From NCBI GenBank assembly GCA_007134735.1, contig SLKG01000043.1, positions 19,317 through 83,316 on the forward strand: a stretch of 64,000 bases of DNA. The letters are read 5' to 3'. A program made the translations under genes and the position numbers. This DNA comes from Kiritimatiellia bacterium (GTDB taxonomy: Bacteria; Verrucomicrobiota; Kiritimatiellia; SLAD01). Position 1 is the stretch's first letter; each line of letters starts with the position of its first letter. Under the pieces are notes generated by a model that was not told the DNA's origin, ran no database searches, and saw nothing but the letters and a program-made list of their open reading frames with translations. Below, piece by piece: positions 46,576-55,874 of this stretch.

Positions 46576-47084
46576 AGAAGCCGCATGTTCTTGATCTGGT
46601 CTTTGTGGGGTTCGCCCTTTACGTGTTTGTTACCGGCACGACCTTTATGTCCTATGCGCTGATCGGCGGCCTGTCCGCCGCTCGCGGGACACTGTTCGAG
46701 TGGAGCTCGCCGTTGGCCGTAATCTTCCATTCGTTGATTTGGCTCGGGTGGGCGGCGCTGTTTATCTTCGGGCGCAATGTGCTTCACGGCGTGCTGGGAA
46801 CGGCGGAAGACACGAAGACCGATCCCAAACTCATGGTCTTCTGGTTTCGGGTGTTTGGGTTGGTCATGGCGGTTCATGCCTTGTTAAGCGCCATCGGCGC
46901 GGCCGCCTGGCACTTTGCCGATGAACCGACGCTGCTGTACATTAAGGTACCCCACGCGTTGATCCTGGCCGTGCTGGGTTATCTGTTCCTGCTTCAACCC
47001 GGCCGCATCGCCGATTTTTTGGACCGCGTTTGGACCGGGCACAGACGGGCGGAAGTCCGGCCGTCCACACGGCCGGACGCGTGA
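46572..47084 (+). CDS. Hypothetical 4-TM membrane protein (paralog 2)
   Basis: LDLVFVGFALY vs LDVVFIGFGLY, IFGRNVLH vs LFGRGVLH, FWFRVFGL vs FWVRMVGL. Confidence 0.75.
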   Translation: MKKPHVLDLVFVGFALYVFVTGTTFMSYALIGGLSAARGTLFEWSSPLAVIFHSLIWLGWAALFIFGRNVLHGVLGTAEDTKTDPKLMVFWFRVFGLVMAVHALLSAIGAAAWHFADEPTLLYIKVPHALILAVLGYLFLLQPGRIADFLDRVWTGHRRAEVRPSTRPDA

Positions 47085-47107
47085 GTTCGATCGGGAGGGG
47101 CGGCGGC

Positions 47108-47189
47108 AATTCAATATCCAACAGCCAACAAGGAATGTCCAATGTTCAAATTTGATCCGTGGTTATTCCTTGTTGGATATTGGATATTC
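47108..47189. repeat. Inverted pair of TTGGAYA-heptamer elements
   Basis: AATTCAATATCCAACAGCCAACAAGGAATGTCCAATGTTCAA followed by inverted TGGTTATTCCTTGTTGGATATTGGATATTC. Confidence 0.85.
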
Positions 47190-47204
47190 GGATGTCCTTG
47201 CCGC

Positions 47205-47720
47205 TCACCCCGCGTGCCGAGACAGCTCGATTACCCGGTCGGCGACCTGTGAGGCCGAGAGATGCGTGGTGTTGATCCGCCGTGGAATGGCGTCGTAGAG
47301 CGGACGCCGTTTTTCAAGTAGTTCGGTTATCGCGCGAGCCTTGTCCTCGGACTCCAGCAGGGGGCGATGCGATTCTTTCCCGACGCGTTCCAGGATCGTT
47401 TCGGGTTCGGCCAGCAGACAAATCACCGTGCCTGTCCGGTCGAAATCACGGATGTTGTCGGGATCAAGCACGATGCCGCCGCCCGGCGCGATGACCTGCT
47501 CCCGTTTACGGCATAATTCCTTGACCAGGTCACGTTCCTGCTTGCGGAATTGTGCCTCGCCGTCCTCCGCGAATATATCGGAAATGGTCTTCCCGGCGCG
47601 TTCTTCAATAACCGAATCCATGTCGATGAACGGGCGGTGTACCCGTTCGGCCACCATGCGCCCGACCGTGGTCTTGCCCGTACCCATGAACCCGACGAGG
47701 ATAATGTTTCTCTTGTTCAT
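47205..47720 (-). CDS. aroK: Shikimate kinase
   Basis: LVGFMGTGKTTVG, GEAQFR, GGG and RPLL. Confidence 0.96.
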   Translation of the reverse strand: MNKRNIILVGFMGTGKTTVGRMVAERVHRPFIDMDSVIEERAGKTISDIFAEDGEAQFRKQERDLVKELCRKREQVIAPGGGIVLDPDNIRDFDRTGTVICLLAEPETILERVGKESHRPLLESEDKARAITELLEKRRPLYDAIPRRINTTHLSASQVADRVIELSRHAG

Positions 47721-47748
47721 CTCGGTGTCCTGATTTATTCCCTCCTGC

Positions 47749-47870
47749 TTCAGGTTATTGGTTATCGGTTATGGGTTACAGGATGTTCGGGGATTGATCC
47801 CATGCCGGTCTTATCCCGTGTAACACGTTCCTGCGCACCCTGAAACCTGAAACCCAAAACCTGAAACCCG
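47749..47870. repeat. Inverted heptamer arrays (GGTTAYN x4 / CCTGAAA x4)
   Basis: GGTTATT GGTTATC GGTTATG GGTTACA (47753-47780) and CCTGAAA CCTGAAA CCCAAAA CCTGAAA (47839-47866). Confidence 0.85.
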
Positions 47871-47909
47871 GATCCGCCAACCACCAATATGTTCTCCCAC
47901 GGAGCCCGG

Positions 47910-48740
47910 CTAAAAATCCGGCGAGCCCGCCAACCACCCGACATACGCCTCCCACCAGGCCGTGCCCCAAAGGATCCACAATACGGCCGCGAGGGCCAGG
48001 TACGGCCCGTATGGAACGCGGCTCTGCCACTCCCGGCCTCCGAATGCAATGAGGCTTAAACCGATGATGGATCCCAGCAGCGACGAGATCATGACCGTAA
48101 ACAGTACGCCCTGCCAGCCGGTAAATGCGCCGATGGCGCCCAGCAGTTTCACATCGCCGAGCCCCATGGCGTCCTTGCGGAACATCCATTTGCCGATCAC
48201 CCCGACCAGCCAGAGCGAGCCGGCGCCGACCAGTAACCCGAAAAACGACGATTTCAAGGATTCCGTCATATGTTCGACATGATGCAGCGCGGGGACCAGG
48301 GCGCTGAACAGCACGCCGAGCGCCATGCCGCCGAGGCTGACCCGGTCGGGGATGATCATGTGTTCCAAGTCCACGAACGTCGCCAGGATCAACCCGGAAA
48401 TGACGAGCCAGAAAATCGGCGTTATCACGCTCCATCCGTATTGCCACCAGACGAGGGTGAACAGGACGGCGGTCAACGCTTCAACCGAAACGTATCGGAA
48501 AGAAATGCGCGCGCCGCAGGAGCGGCATCGGCCCCGCAGGGCGAAGAAGCTGATCAAGGGCAGGTTGTCGTGCCACGGAATGGGGCGTCGGCATTCCGGA
48601 CATCGCGAGCGCGGCGTGACGATGGATTCGGAACGGGGGATGCGATGAATGCACACATTCAGGAAACTGCCCATGCAGGCTCCGCCCAGGAAAATGACCA
48701 GAGACAGATAGAGGTACACCGCTGGATCCGGATCGGTCAT
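47910..48740 (-). CDS. pilD: Prepilin peptidase / N-methyltransferase
   Basis: GSFLNVCIHRIP, RSRCPEC, GRCRSC, DLEHMIIPD, MGLGDVKL and PYGPYL. Confidence 0.96.
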   Translation of the reverse strand: MTDPDPAVYLYLSLVIFLGGACMGSFLNVCIHRIPRSESIVTPRSRCPECRRPIPWHDNLPLISFFALRGRCRSCGARISFRYVSVEALTAVLFTLVWWQYGWSVITPIFWLVISGLILATFVDLEHMIIPDRVSLGGMALGVLFSALVPALHHVEHMTESLKSSFFGLLVGAGSLWLVGVIGKWMFRKDAMGLGDVKLLGAIGAFTGWQGVLFTVMISSLLGSIIGLSLIAFGGREWQSRVPYGPYLALAAVLWILWGTAWWEAYVGWLAGSPDF

Positions 48741-49600
48741 TTTTCGTATACCACCTTTTCCAGCGCCTCGCGCATGATGTCCACGGGCGCCTCGGCGCCG
48801 GTCCAGACGGCAAAGGCCCGGGCGCCCTGGTGCAAAAGCATACCCAGTCCGTTTGCCGTACGGGCGCCGCATTCGGCGGCGACCGCGAGAAGACGGGTTT
48901 GGGGATACATATAAATGAGATCGTACACGCACTGATTCTCATGAAAGGCGTCCGGACCCAGGAGCGAGGGATCATCCTTCTTCATGCCCACGGGCGTGGC
49001 CTGGACCACGAGATCGGCCTCGCTGGCCGTGCGCGTCTGTTCGGATGGTTCGACGGCCACCGTTACATCCACCAGCGGGTTGAGTTCCTCTATTTCGGCG
49101 GCCACTTTGACGGCGCGTTCCTCATCCAGGTCGGCCAGCGTGATTCCGGAAACGGCGTGTTGCGCGCAGGCCAGCGCCACGGCACGGCCGGCGCCGCCCG
49201 TGCCGAGCACGAATATGGAACGGCCGTCCACCGGCTCTCCGAACGCTTCTTCCACGGCCTTGAGAAAGCCGTGTCCGTCGGTGTTGTGGCCCGTCATGCC
49301 GTCCTCTGTGAAATGCACGGTGTTGACCGCCCGCACGAGTTGCGCGGACTCGTCGAGATCGGAAAATTCACGAAAGGCGATTTCCTTGTGTGGCACGGTC
49401 AGGTTCACGCCTACAAACCCCATGTGCCGCATGCTTTCCAATACATCCATCAAGCGGTTCGGGGGCACGTCGAAAGCCAGATACAACGCGTCCATATTGA
49501 GGGCCTCAAAGGCCGCGTTGTGCATGACCGGTGACAGGGAATGGCCGACCGGATGTCCCAGCACGGCGAAAGGTTTGGTGTACCCGCTGATTCGTTTCAT
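48737..49600 (-). CDS. aroE: Shikimate dehydrogenase
   Basis: HSLSPVMHN, NLTVPHK, AVNT, NTDG, GTGGAGRA and GLGMLLHQG. Confidence 0.96.
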   Translation of the reverse strand: MKRISGYTKPFAVLGHPVGHSLSPVMHNAAFEALNMDALYLAFDVPPNRLMDVLESMRHMGFVGVNLTVPHKEIAFREFSDLDESAQLVRAVNTVHFTEDGMTGHNTDGHGFLKAVEEAFGEPVDGRSIFVLGTGGAGRAVALACAQHAVSGITLADLDEERAVKVAAEIEELNPLVDVTVAVEPSEQTRTASEADLVVQATPVGMKKDDPSLLGPDAFHENQCVYDLIYMYPQTRLLAVAAECGARTANGLGMLLHQGARAFAVWTGAEAPVDIMREALEKVVYEK

Positions 49601-49633
49601 GCTCCTTGACTCTTTTCTGAGTTGTCGCGCGTT

Positions 49634-51196
49634 CTACTTCCGACGGGGTGTCCTCTTGCGCGTCCCCGCGCGGTCCTCGACCAGGAACCGGTTGACGCAA
49701 TTCAGGTACGCTTTGGCGCTGGCCTCGACGATATCGGTGCTCGATGCCTTGCCGGATACCAGGTGCCCCTTGTTGAAATCCACCCGCAGGCTGACTTCAC
49801 CCATGGCGTCCTTGTCCTTGGTGATGGCCTGCAGGCTGTAATCCAGCAACCGTCCCTGTACGCCGGCGATACGGTCGATGGTTTTGAGTGCCGCGTCCAC
49901 CGGTCCGTCGCCGCAGGCGGCATCCTGGATCACCCGGTCGCCGCGCTTCAAGCGCACGGTGGCGGTCGGCACGGTGCCGGTACCGGCCGATACGTGCAGA
50001 TAATCCAGGGTGAACACCGAGGGCAAATCGCGCATGATTTCCTGCGCGATGGCCACCAGGTCATCATCATAGATATTCTTCTTCTTGTCGGCCAGGTCGA
50101 CAAAGTTGCGGTATGCCGTCTCCAGCTCCTTCGCCGACAGTTTGAAGCCCAGTTTCTGCAGGTGATTGGCAAAGGCGTGCCGGCCGGAATGCTTGCCCAG
50201 TACGAGTTCCGTTCCCGTGATGCCCACATCTTCGGGTCGCATGATTTCGTACGTGGTGCGCTCCTTCAGGATCCCGTCCTGGTGGATGCCCGCCTCGTGC
50301 GCGAAAGCGTTTGCGCCGACGATGGCCTTGTTGCGTTGTACCACCATACCGGTTAACTGGCTGACCAGGCGACTGGTGCGGTATAACTCGCGTGTCCGGA
50401 TGTCCGTCCACAAGCCGTATGCATCGGCACGCGTCCGCATGGCCATCACGACTTCTTCCAGGGAGCAATTCCCGGCCCGCTCGCCCAGTCCGTTGATGGT
50501 GCATTCAATGCCGCGGGCGCCGTTTTTAACGGCGGCCAGCGAATTGGCCACGGCCAGGCCCAGATCGTTGTGACAATGCACATGCACCGTCACGTCTGCC
50601 AGCTCGGGGATGTGCTCGAACAGGTAGGCAATCAGCCCGCCGAATTCATCCGGAACCGCGTAGCCGACCGTATCGGGAATATTGATGGTCGTTGCGCCTG
50701 CGTCGATCGCGGCCTTGCAGACCTCGGCCAGGAAATCCGGTTCCGTGCGCGAAGCGTCTTCGGGGCTGAACTGGACGTCTCGTACATGTTTTCTCGCCAG
50801 TTTCACGCCCTTGACGGACTGCTTGATGATTTCCTCCTTGGCCTTTTTCAGTTTGTACTGACGATGAATCGCGGAGGTCGCCAGGAACACATGGATGCGC
50901 GCGCGGTCTCCGGCCGGGGCCACGGCTTCGGCGCACGTTTCGATATCGCGCGGCACGCAACGGGCCAGTCCGGCAATGCGGGGACCCTTGATCTCCTTGG
51001 CCACGGCCTGTACTCCGGCAAAGTCGCCGGGAGACGCGATGGGGAAACCGGCCTCGATAATGTCCACGTTCAGGCGGGCCAGTTGCCGGGCCACTTCCAG
51101 TTTCTCGCGCAGGCCCATGCTGGCGCCCGGACATTGTTCCCCGTCCCGTAATGTCGTATCGAATATGATGACTCTGTTTTCCGTTTTCTTCTTCAT
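49634..51196 (-). CDS. leuA: 2-isopropylmalate synthase
   Basis: DTTLRDGEQ, HCHNDLGLAVANS, GERAGN, HQDG and regulatory domain GDGPVDA. Confidence 0.97.
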   Translation of the reverse strand: MKKKTENRVIIFDTTLRDGEQCPGASMGLREKLEVARQLARLNVDIIEAGFPIASPGDFAGVQAVAKEIKGPRIAGLARCVPRDIETCAEAVAPAGDRARIHVFLATSAIHRQYKLKKAKEEIIKQSVKGVKLARKHVRDVQFSPEDASRTEPDFLAEVCKAAIDAGATTINIPDTVGYAVPDEFGGLIAYLFEHIPELADVTVHVHCHNDLGLAVANSLAAVKNGARGIECTINGLGERAGNCSLEEVVMAMRTRADAYGLWTDIRTRELYRTSRLVSQLTGMVVQRNKAIVGANAFAHEAGIHQDGILKERTTYEIMRPEDVGITGTELVLGKHSGRHAFANHLQKLGFKLSAKELETAYRNFVDLADKKKNIYDDDLVAIAQEIMRDLPSVFTLDYLHVSAGTGTVPTATVRLKRGDRVIQDAACGDGPVDAALKTIDRIAGVQGRLLDYSLQAITKDKDAMGEVSLRVDFNKGHLVSGKASSTDIVEASAKAYLNCVNRFLVEDRAGTRKRTPRRK

Positions 51197-51251
51197 GATC
51201 TGTATCCTGTTCCGCTATTTATGATCCCAATTACCGCCCGATCACAACCAT

Positions 51252-51285
51252 AAAAAAACCCACCCGGCTCGCGCGGGGTGGGTTT
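51252..51285 (-). terminator. Attenuator terminator upstream of leuA
   Basis: Minus strand AAACCCACCCCGCGCGAGCCGGGTGGGTTTTTTT: hairpin plus U7. Confidence 0.85.
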
Positions 51286-51306
51286 GTCTCGTTTCTGGAA
51301 GGGGCT

Positions 51307-51426
51307 CTACCTTCGGGCCCGGACGACCACCGCCGCGCATGCCGCGCCCGTAAGGCGCAACACGAGCGTCCCGAGAACAAGCAGGCCCGGAAGCACGTAC
51401 GCCGCGATGGTCCATTCATTTATCAT
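51307..51426 (-). CDS. Leu/Val-rich leader peptide (39 aa) of the leuA attenuator
   Basis: MINEWTIAAYVLPGLLVLGTLVLRLTGAACAAVVVRARR*; 7 Leu and 6 Val; immediately precedes the antiterminator and terminator. Confidence 0.75.
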   Translation of the reverse strand: MINEWTIAAYVLPGLLVLGTLVLRLTGAACAAVVVRARR

Positions 51427-51434
51427 GATGGCAC

Positions 51435-51463
51435 AACATAGAGCATGCCGTGGGAGGTGTCAA
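51435..51463 (-). promoter_or_regulatory. Sigma70 promoter of the leu leader
   Basis: TTGACA-17 bp-TATGTT, ending 8 nt before the leader ATG. Confidence 0.75.
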
Positions 51464-51564
51464 GCGGCCGGGGCGTGTGGCTTTGCGGACCGACCGTCTG
51501 CGATTCCGGAACACCGCACAATTCCCTAGTGGCCGCGTGCGATGGATCCTGTCATAGTGGGGGT

Positions 51565-52713
51565 ATGTTCCAAACCGGCATGGATGTACTGCTGGACGAA
51601 CGGGTTGACCTGCTCAAAGGGCGGCGCGTGGGGTTGCTTGCGCATCCCGCCAGCGTGAACCGGCTCGATGTGCATTCCGCCCTGCTGCTCCGGGATTGTA
51701 AGGAGGTGGCCTTGACAGGCCTGTACGGGCCGGAACACGGATACTACGGCCACGGAGGGGCGGGGGAGGCGGTGCGCGACGAATGCCATCCTTCCTGGCA
51801 TATTCCCATCCACTCGCTCTACGGGGAAACCCGCCGCCCCGTACCGGAGATGTTTGAGCCGGTGGATGTGATCGTATCGGACCTTCAGGATCTCGGCGTG
51901 CGTTGTTATACGTATGTGTCCACCCTGCGCCTTCTTTTGGAAGCGGCGGCGGAAAACGGGGTTGCGGTGGTGGTGACCGATCGGCCGGTTCCGCTTCCGG
52001 AAACCGTGGACGGCCCCTTGCCGGATCCCGCCTTTGAAAGTTTCGTGGCAAACATTCCGGCGCCGTTGGTATACGGCATGACGCCCGGTGAGACGGCGCG
52101 CTGGCTGGTTCGCCGGCTTGATCTCGACCTCGATCTTGAAGTCGTACCCATGCGCGGCTATCAGCGGGATCCGGTACGGCGGGCCGGATGGCCCGAGTGG
52201 ATACCGCCGTCACCGGCCATCCGGAACTGGGAATCCGCCCGGTGTTATCCCATTACCGTTTGTGCCGAAGCCCTGACCGCATTGGATTGCCGGCGGAAAA
52301 CCCGGGAGGCCTTTCAGGTGTTGACCGTTCACGGAGTCAACGCGGAAGCATGGTGTGAACGCCTGTGCGCGGCGGAACTGCCCGGGGTACATTTTGAGCC
52401 CTACTACGATGCGGAACAGCCCGGACGGGGAGGTATCCGGATCCGGGTAACGCGCGCGCAAACGATTCAGCCTGTCCGAACCGCGGTGGTCCTGTTACGT
52501 TTCCTGGGGGATGTAATGGGCGATACCGCGCTGTGGGAACACGAGGGAACGCGGGAAGATTTTTTCGATCAACTCATGGGAACCGACCGGATCCGTCGCG
52601 GATTGCAATCGGGCGCTTCTGTAGAGGAGATCATGGCCGAATGGAAATCGGGACAGGAAGCGTTTCGCGACGAGCGCTCGGAGGCCTTGTTGTATGAGCC
52701 GGAAAGGGCATGA
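51565..52713 (+). CDS. DUF1343 / exo-beta-N-acetylmuramidase NamZ family protein
   Basis: GLLAHPAS, YGPEHG, SLYG, DLQDLGVRCYTY, DRP, GMTPGE and WIPPSP. Confidence 0.9.
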   Translation: MFQTGMDVLLDERVDLLKGRRVGLLAHPASVNRLDVHSALLLRDCKEVALTGLYGPEHGYYGHGGAGEAVRDECHPSWHIPIHSLYGETRRPVPEMFEPVDVIVSDLQDLGVRCYTYVSTLRLLLEAAAENGVAVVVTDRPVPLPETVDGPLPDPAFESFVANIPAPLVYGMTPGETARWLVRRLDLDLDLEVVPMRGYQRDPVRRAGWPEWIPPSPAIRNWESARCYPITVCAEALTALDCRRKTREAFQVLTVHGVNAEAWCERLCAAELPGVHFEPYYDAEQPGRGGIRIRVTRAQTIQPVRTAVVLLRFLGDVMGDTALWEHEGTREDFFDQLMGTDRIRRGLQSGASVEEIMAEWKSGQEAFRDERSEALLYEPERA

Positions 52714-52845
52714 GCCCTTTTTGTGCTCCCGGCGACGTTATCCGGCGCGGCCGGTGGCGGCGCATGCACGGCACGCCGGTCCGCGGATCCCTGCCGAAGC
52801 GCGAGGAGCGCGGATGCGCGGAGGGGCCCGGACCACAGGGTGAAC

Positions 52846-52873
52846 TTGACACCGGCCTGATAACGATTAGTCT
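52846..52873 (+). promoter_or_regulatory. Promoter of the tRNA pair
   Basis: TTGACA-16 bp-TAGTCT upstream of tRNA-Val. Confidence 0.5.
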
Positions 52874-52899
52874 GTGTCGAGAATTATTCATTGTGTCAT

Positions 52900-52973
52900 G
52901 GGCGTTTAGCTCAGCTGGTTAGAGCGCTTGCCTCACATGCAAGAGGTCACTGGTTCGAGTCCAGTAACGCCCA
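52900..52973 (+). tRNA. tRNA-Val (CAC)
   Basis: GGGCGTT/AACGCCC acceptor stem, anticodon arm CTTGC-CTCACAT-GCAAG, GTTCGAGTC T-loop; CCA not encoded. Confidence 0.95.
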
Positions 52974-52988
52974 TATCCGCTCTATCAC

Positions 52989-53062
52989 GGCGCGGTAGCC
53001 AAGTGGCCTAAGGCGGAGGTCTGCAAAACCTCTATTCGCCGGTTCGAATCCGGCCCGCGCCT
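52989..53062 (+). tRNA. tRNA-Cys (GCA)
   Basis: GGCGCGG/CCGCGCC acceptor stem, GAGGT-CTGCAAA-ACCTC anticodon arm, GTTCGAATC, U73 discriminator; CCA not encoded. Confidence 0.95.
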
Positions 53063-53299
53063 TTAATCCGGTTCCGTCTGCCCGGCCGGTATTCCGTGTA
53101 TTCCGGTCGGCCAAAAAAACGGATTATTCTGTGAAATCGGGCTTGTGCCCGTTTCTGCTCCTGTTATAAAGCCAAGAAGAAAGCACATAAGGGATCTTCT
53201 TGAAAGGTCATCATTTTCGGCCGGATTATTCCTTTTAAACCGTTTCTGCCTCCGGGGTGGGCGCCAAATAAACAAAACAAAAAGGGAGTGCGTTAATTC

Positions 53300-53683
53300 A
53301 TGGATGTACCAAAAGATTACCTCTACACGAACTCACATGAGTGGATCCGCATGGAGGATCGTATCGCGACCATAGGCATTACCGATTTTGCACAGTCACA
53401 ATTGTCCGATGTCACCTTTGTAGAGCTTCCTTCTACCGGAGACCAGGTGGCCGCGGGGGATGAAGTCGCCGTTGTGGAATCCGTCAAGGCCGCGACCGAT
53501 GTGTACAGCCCGGTTACCGGCGCCGTGGCCGAAATCAATGAACGCCTTGTCGAACACCCCGAAATCATCAACGATGATCCCTATGGCGATGGTTGGATGT
53601 TCAAAATTGAATTGGCCGAACCGAAAGAGGTGGATCAACTTCTGGATGCGGAGGCCTACGAAAACTCCCTGCCTGCGGGGTGA
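53300..53683 (+). CDS. gcvH: Glycine cleavage system H protein
   Basis: SHEW, GITDFAQ, lipoyl site VESVKA and DPYGDGW. Confidence 0.96.
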   Translation: MDVPKDYLYTNSHEWIRMEDRIATIGITDFAQSQLSDVTFVELPSTGDQVAAGDEVAVVESVKAATDVYSPVTGAVAEINERLVEHPEIINDDPYGDGWMFKIELAEPKEVDQLLDAEAYENSLPAG

Positions 53684-53713
53684 TGTGGTCAACGCGCCTG
53701 TTCGGGTGAGACC

Positions 53714-54415
53714 GTGAAGGGGTACGCTGTCTATTTTGATCAACCCGTTCCCTATGCCCGTGCGGAACGCATACAGGATGCCCTGGTCTCCGCGCGGATC
53801 GCGGAAAGCATTCCCGATACGGTACTGTTTCTGGAACATACACCGGTCGTTACACTGGGCCGGCGGCGCCGCGAGGAACACCTGCTGGTCGCGCCCGGGG
53901 AATTACAAGCGGCGGGCATCGAATTATATCCCTCCACGCGCGGCGGGGATGTAACCTATCATGCGCCCGGCCAACTTGTGCTCTATCCCATCCTCCGGCT
54001 GGGTGTGCAGGACCACGATGCGCATGGGTACCTGTGGAATCTGGAAGAGATCGCCATCCGCACATGCGCGGATTTCGGTGTGCCGGCGGAGCGGGTGCCC
54101 GGAAAAAGCGGCGCGTGGACGGTGGCGGGGAAAATTGCCGCGATCGGGTTTCATCTCAAGCGCTGGGTAACCGTTCACGGAATGAGTTTCAATGTGGACC
54201 TTGATCTGGATGGATATCGGCACATCGTGCCGTGCGGTTTGCACGGGGACCCGGTCTGTTCCCTTCAGAGTCTTCTGGGCGATGAGGCGCCTTCCGTGCG
54301 GGAGGTGCGCCGCCGGATGAAAGACCATTTCGAGGCGATCTGCGGGCGCCGGCTGGACCTCTGTTCTCCGGATCAACTGCCCGGATCGCTTGCCCGGATC
54401 TGGCCGGAAGAATGA
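53714..54415 (+). CDS. lipB: Lipoyl(octanoyl) transferase
   Basis: LEHTPVVTLGR, RGGDVTYHAPGQLVLYP, KIAAIG, HGMSFNV and IVPCG. Confidence 0.96.
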   Translation: MKGYAVYFDQPVPYARAERIQDALVSARIAESIPDTVLFLEHTPVVTLGRRRREEHLLVAPGELQAAGIELYPSTRGGDVTYHAPGQLVLYPILRLGVQDHDAHGYLWNLEEIAIRTCADFGVPAERVPGKSGAWTVAGKIAAIGFHLKRWVTVHGMSFNVDLDLDGYRHIVPCGLHGDPVCSLQSLLGDEAPSVREVRRRMKDHFEAICGRRLDLCSPDQLPGSLARIWPEE

Positions 54416-54531
54416 CCCTTCGCGACACGGGCCGTACGCGTACCTGTCCCCCATGCACACCACGCACTTTCACGCCGGGGCCGGGGAATCCCCCGTCTTT
54501 TCCGGATGCGTGCAGGGCAAAGCGGAAGACC

Positions 54532-55824
54532 CTACCGTGCTGATTTTCTCAAACGCGCCGCATAGACGCCATCGGTTCCCGTGTCGGGCGGGAACAGGTG
54601 GGTTTCCTTTTCCAGGGCGAACCCGGGATGCTTACCAAGCCATCCGGCCAGGAGCTCGATGTTTTCTTCCGGTTCGAGGCTGCAGGTACTGTACACGATC
54701 CGCCCGCCGGACCGGACCAGGCGTGCGGCCTGATCGAGCATCTTCTCCTGGACGCGGGTCAGTTGCCGGAGGCGTTTGAGCTGAAAACGCCAGCGCGCGT
54801 CCGGCCGACGGCGGATGACGCCGGTATTGGTGCAGGGCACGTCGAGCAGAACGGCATCCGGGGGCGGCGCGCAAAGTGCGCGGGGTATGCGGGCGGCCGT
54901 GAAGTCCGCCCGCTGAACACGTACCCGGTCCCATCCGCATCGCGCGAGGTTCTGTTTCAGCATATCGAGCCGGCCCGCTTCCGAATCCGACGCCACGAGG
55001 TCGGCCTTGCCGTCCATCCTGTCCGCGATCGCGAGCAATTTGCCGCCGGGCGCCGAGCAGGCGTCGAGAATGCGTTCTCCGGGTTGCGGATCCAACAGGT
55101 CAACGGCCACAATGGTGGAGGGATCCTGGACGGTGAACCATCCTTGTTTGAATCCGGGCAGTCCGGTGATTTCCTGTCCATGGGGGAGGATCAGGAAGCG
55201 GCCGGAATCAAAGGGATGCGGTTGGACGTCAATGCCGCCGTCCCGCAGCGCCCGGACGAACGCCTCCATGCTCGTGCGACTCCGGTTCACGCGCAGTACG
55301 GTCTCGGCGGGACGATTATTCCATTCACAAAGTCGCGTTGCATGTTCCTCCCCGTAACGCTGTATCCAGCGGTCCGTGAGCCGTTCGGGATGGGACAACC
55401 GAATCGACATCGGTTGCCGGTTCAGCGCTTCCCGGAGGGCGTCGCGTTGGCGCTGTGCGCGCCGCAGGATGGCGTTCACAAAACCGACCGGCGAATCGCC
55501 GGCCATTTCCCGTGCGGCCTCGACGGTTTCGTGAATGGCGGCGTGGTCTTCGACATCGTCCATGTAGAGTAATTGATACAGGCCCACGAGCATCAGGGCC
55601 TGTACACGGGGTTCCGGAGACCGGCGCGCGTATCGGTTCAGTATCCATTCCACGGCGGCCTTGTAGCGAACCACGCCGTACACCATATCCATGATAAAGG
55701 AGCGATCCGCTCCCACTCCGGCGAGCAGGTGATCGGGAAAGGCGCCGGACGTCAGCCAGCGATGGACCACTTTTGCGGCCTCGGCACGGCTATTGTGAGA
55801 GGGTATTGGCTTTTCCGGTGTCAT
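54532..55824 (-). CDS. rsmB: 16S rRNA m5C967 methyltransferase
   Basis: NusB-like N-domain, VQD, DACSAPGGK, DVPCTNTG and YSTCS. Confidence 0.93.
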   Translation of the reverse strand: MTPEKPIPSHNSRAEAAKVVHRWLTSGAFPDHLLAGVGADRSFIMDMVYGVVRYKAAVEWILNRYARRSPEPRVQALMLVGLYQLLYMDDVEDHAAIHETVEAAREMAGDSPVGFVNAILRRAQRQRDALREALNRQPMSIRLSHPERLTDRWIQRYGEEHATRLCEWNNRPAETVLRVNRSRTSMEAFVRALRDGGIDVQPHPFDSGRFLILPHGQEITGLPGFKQGWFTVQDPSTIVAVDLLDPQPGERILDACSAPGGKLLAIADRMDGKADLVASDSEAGRLDMLKQNLARCGWDRVRVQRADFTAARIPRALCAPPPDAVLLDVPCTNTGVIRRRPDARWRFQLKRLRQLTRVQEKMLDQAARLVRSGGRIVYSTCSLEPEENIELLAGWLGKHPGFALEKETHLFPPDTGTDGVYAARLRKSAR

Positions 55825-55874
55825 GACGTTTGATCATGGCAGAGGAAGGGGAGACGCCGCAATGGGAAAGGGCA

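Noticed and set aside
51295..51320. REP-like TGGAAGGGGCTCTACCTTCGGGCCC
   Set aside because: Better explained as part of the leu attenuator (leader stop region).
53063..53299. Glycine riboswitch upstream of gcvH, or an integrated element at tRNA-Cys
   Set aside because: No GGAGA/CCGAAG/CTCTCAGG aptamer motifs, no integrase and no duplicated tRNA 3' end seen.
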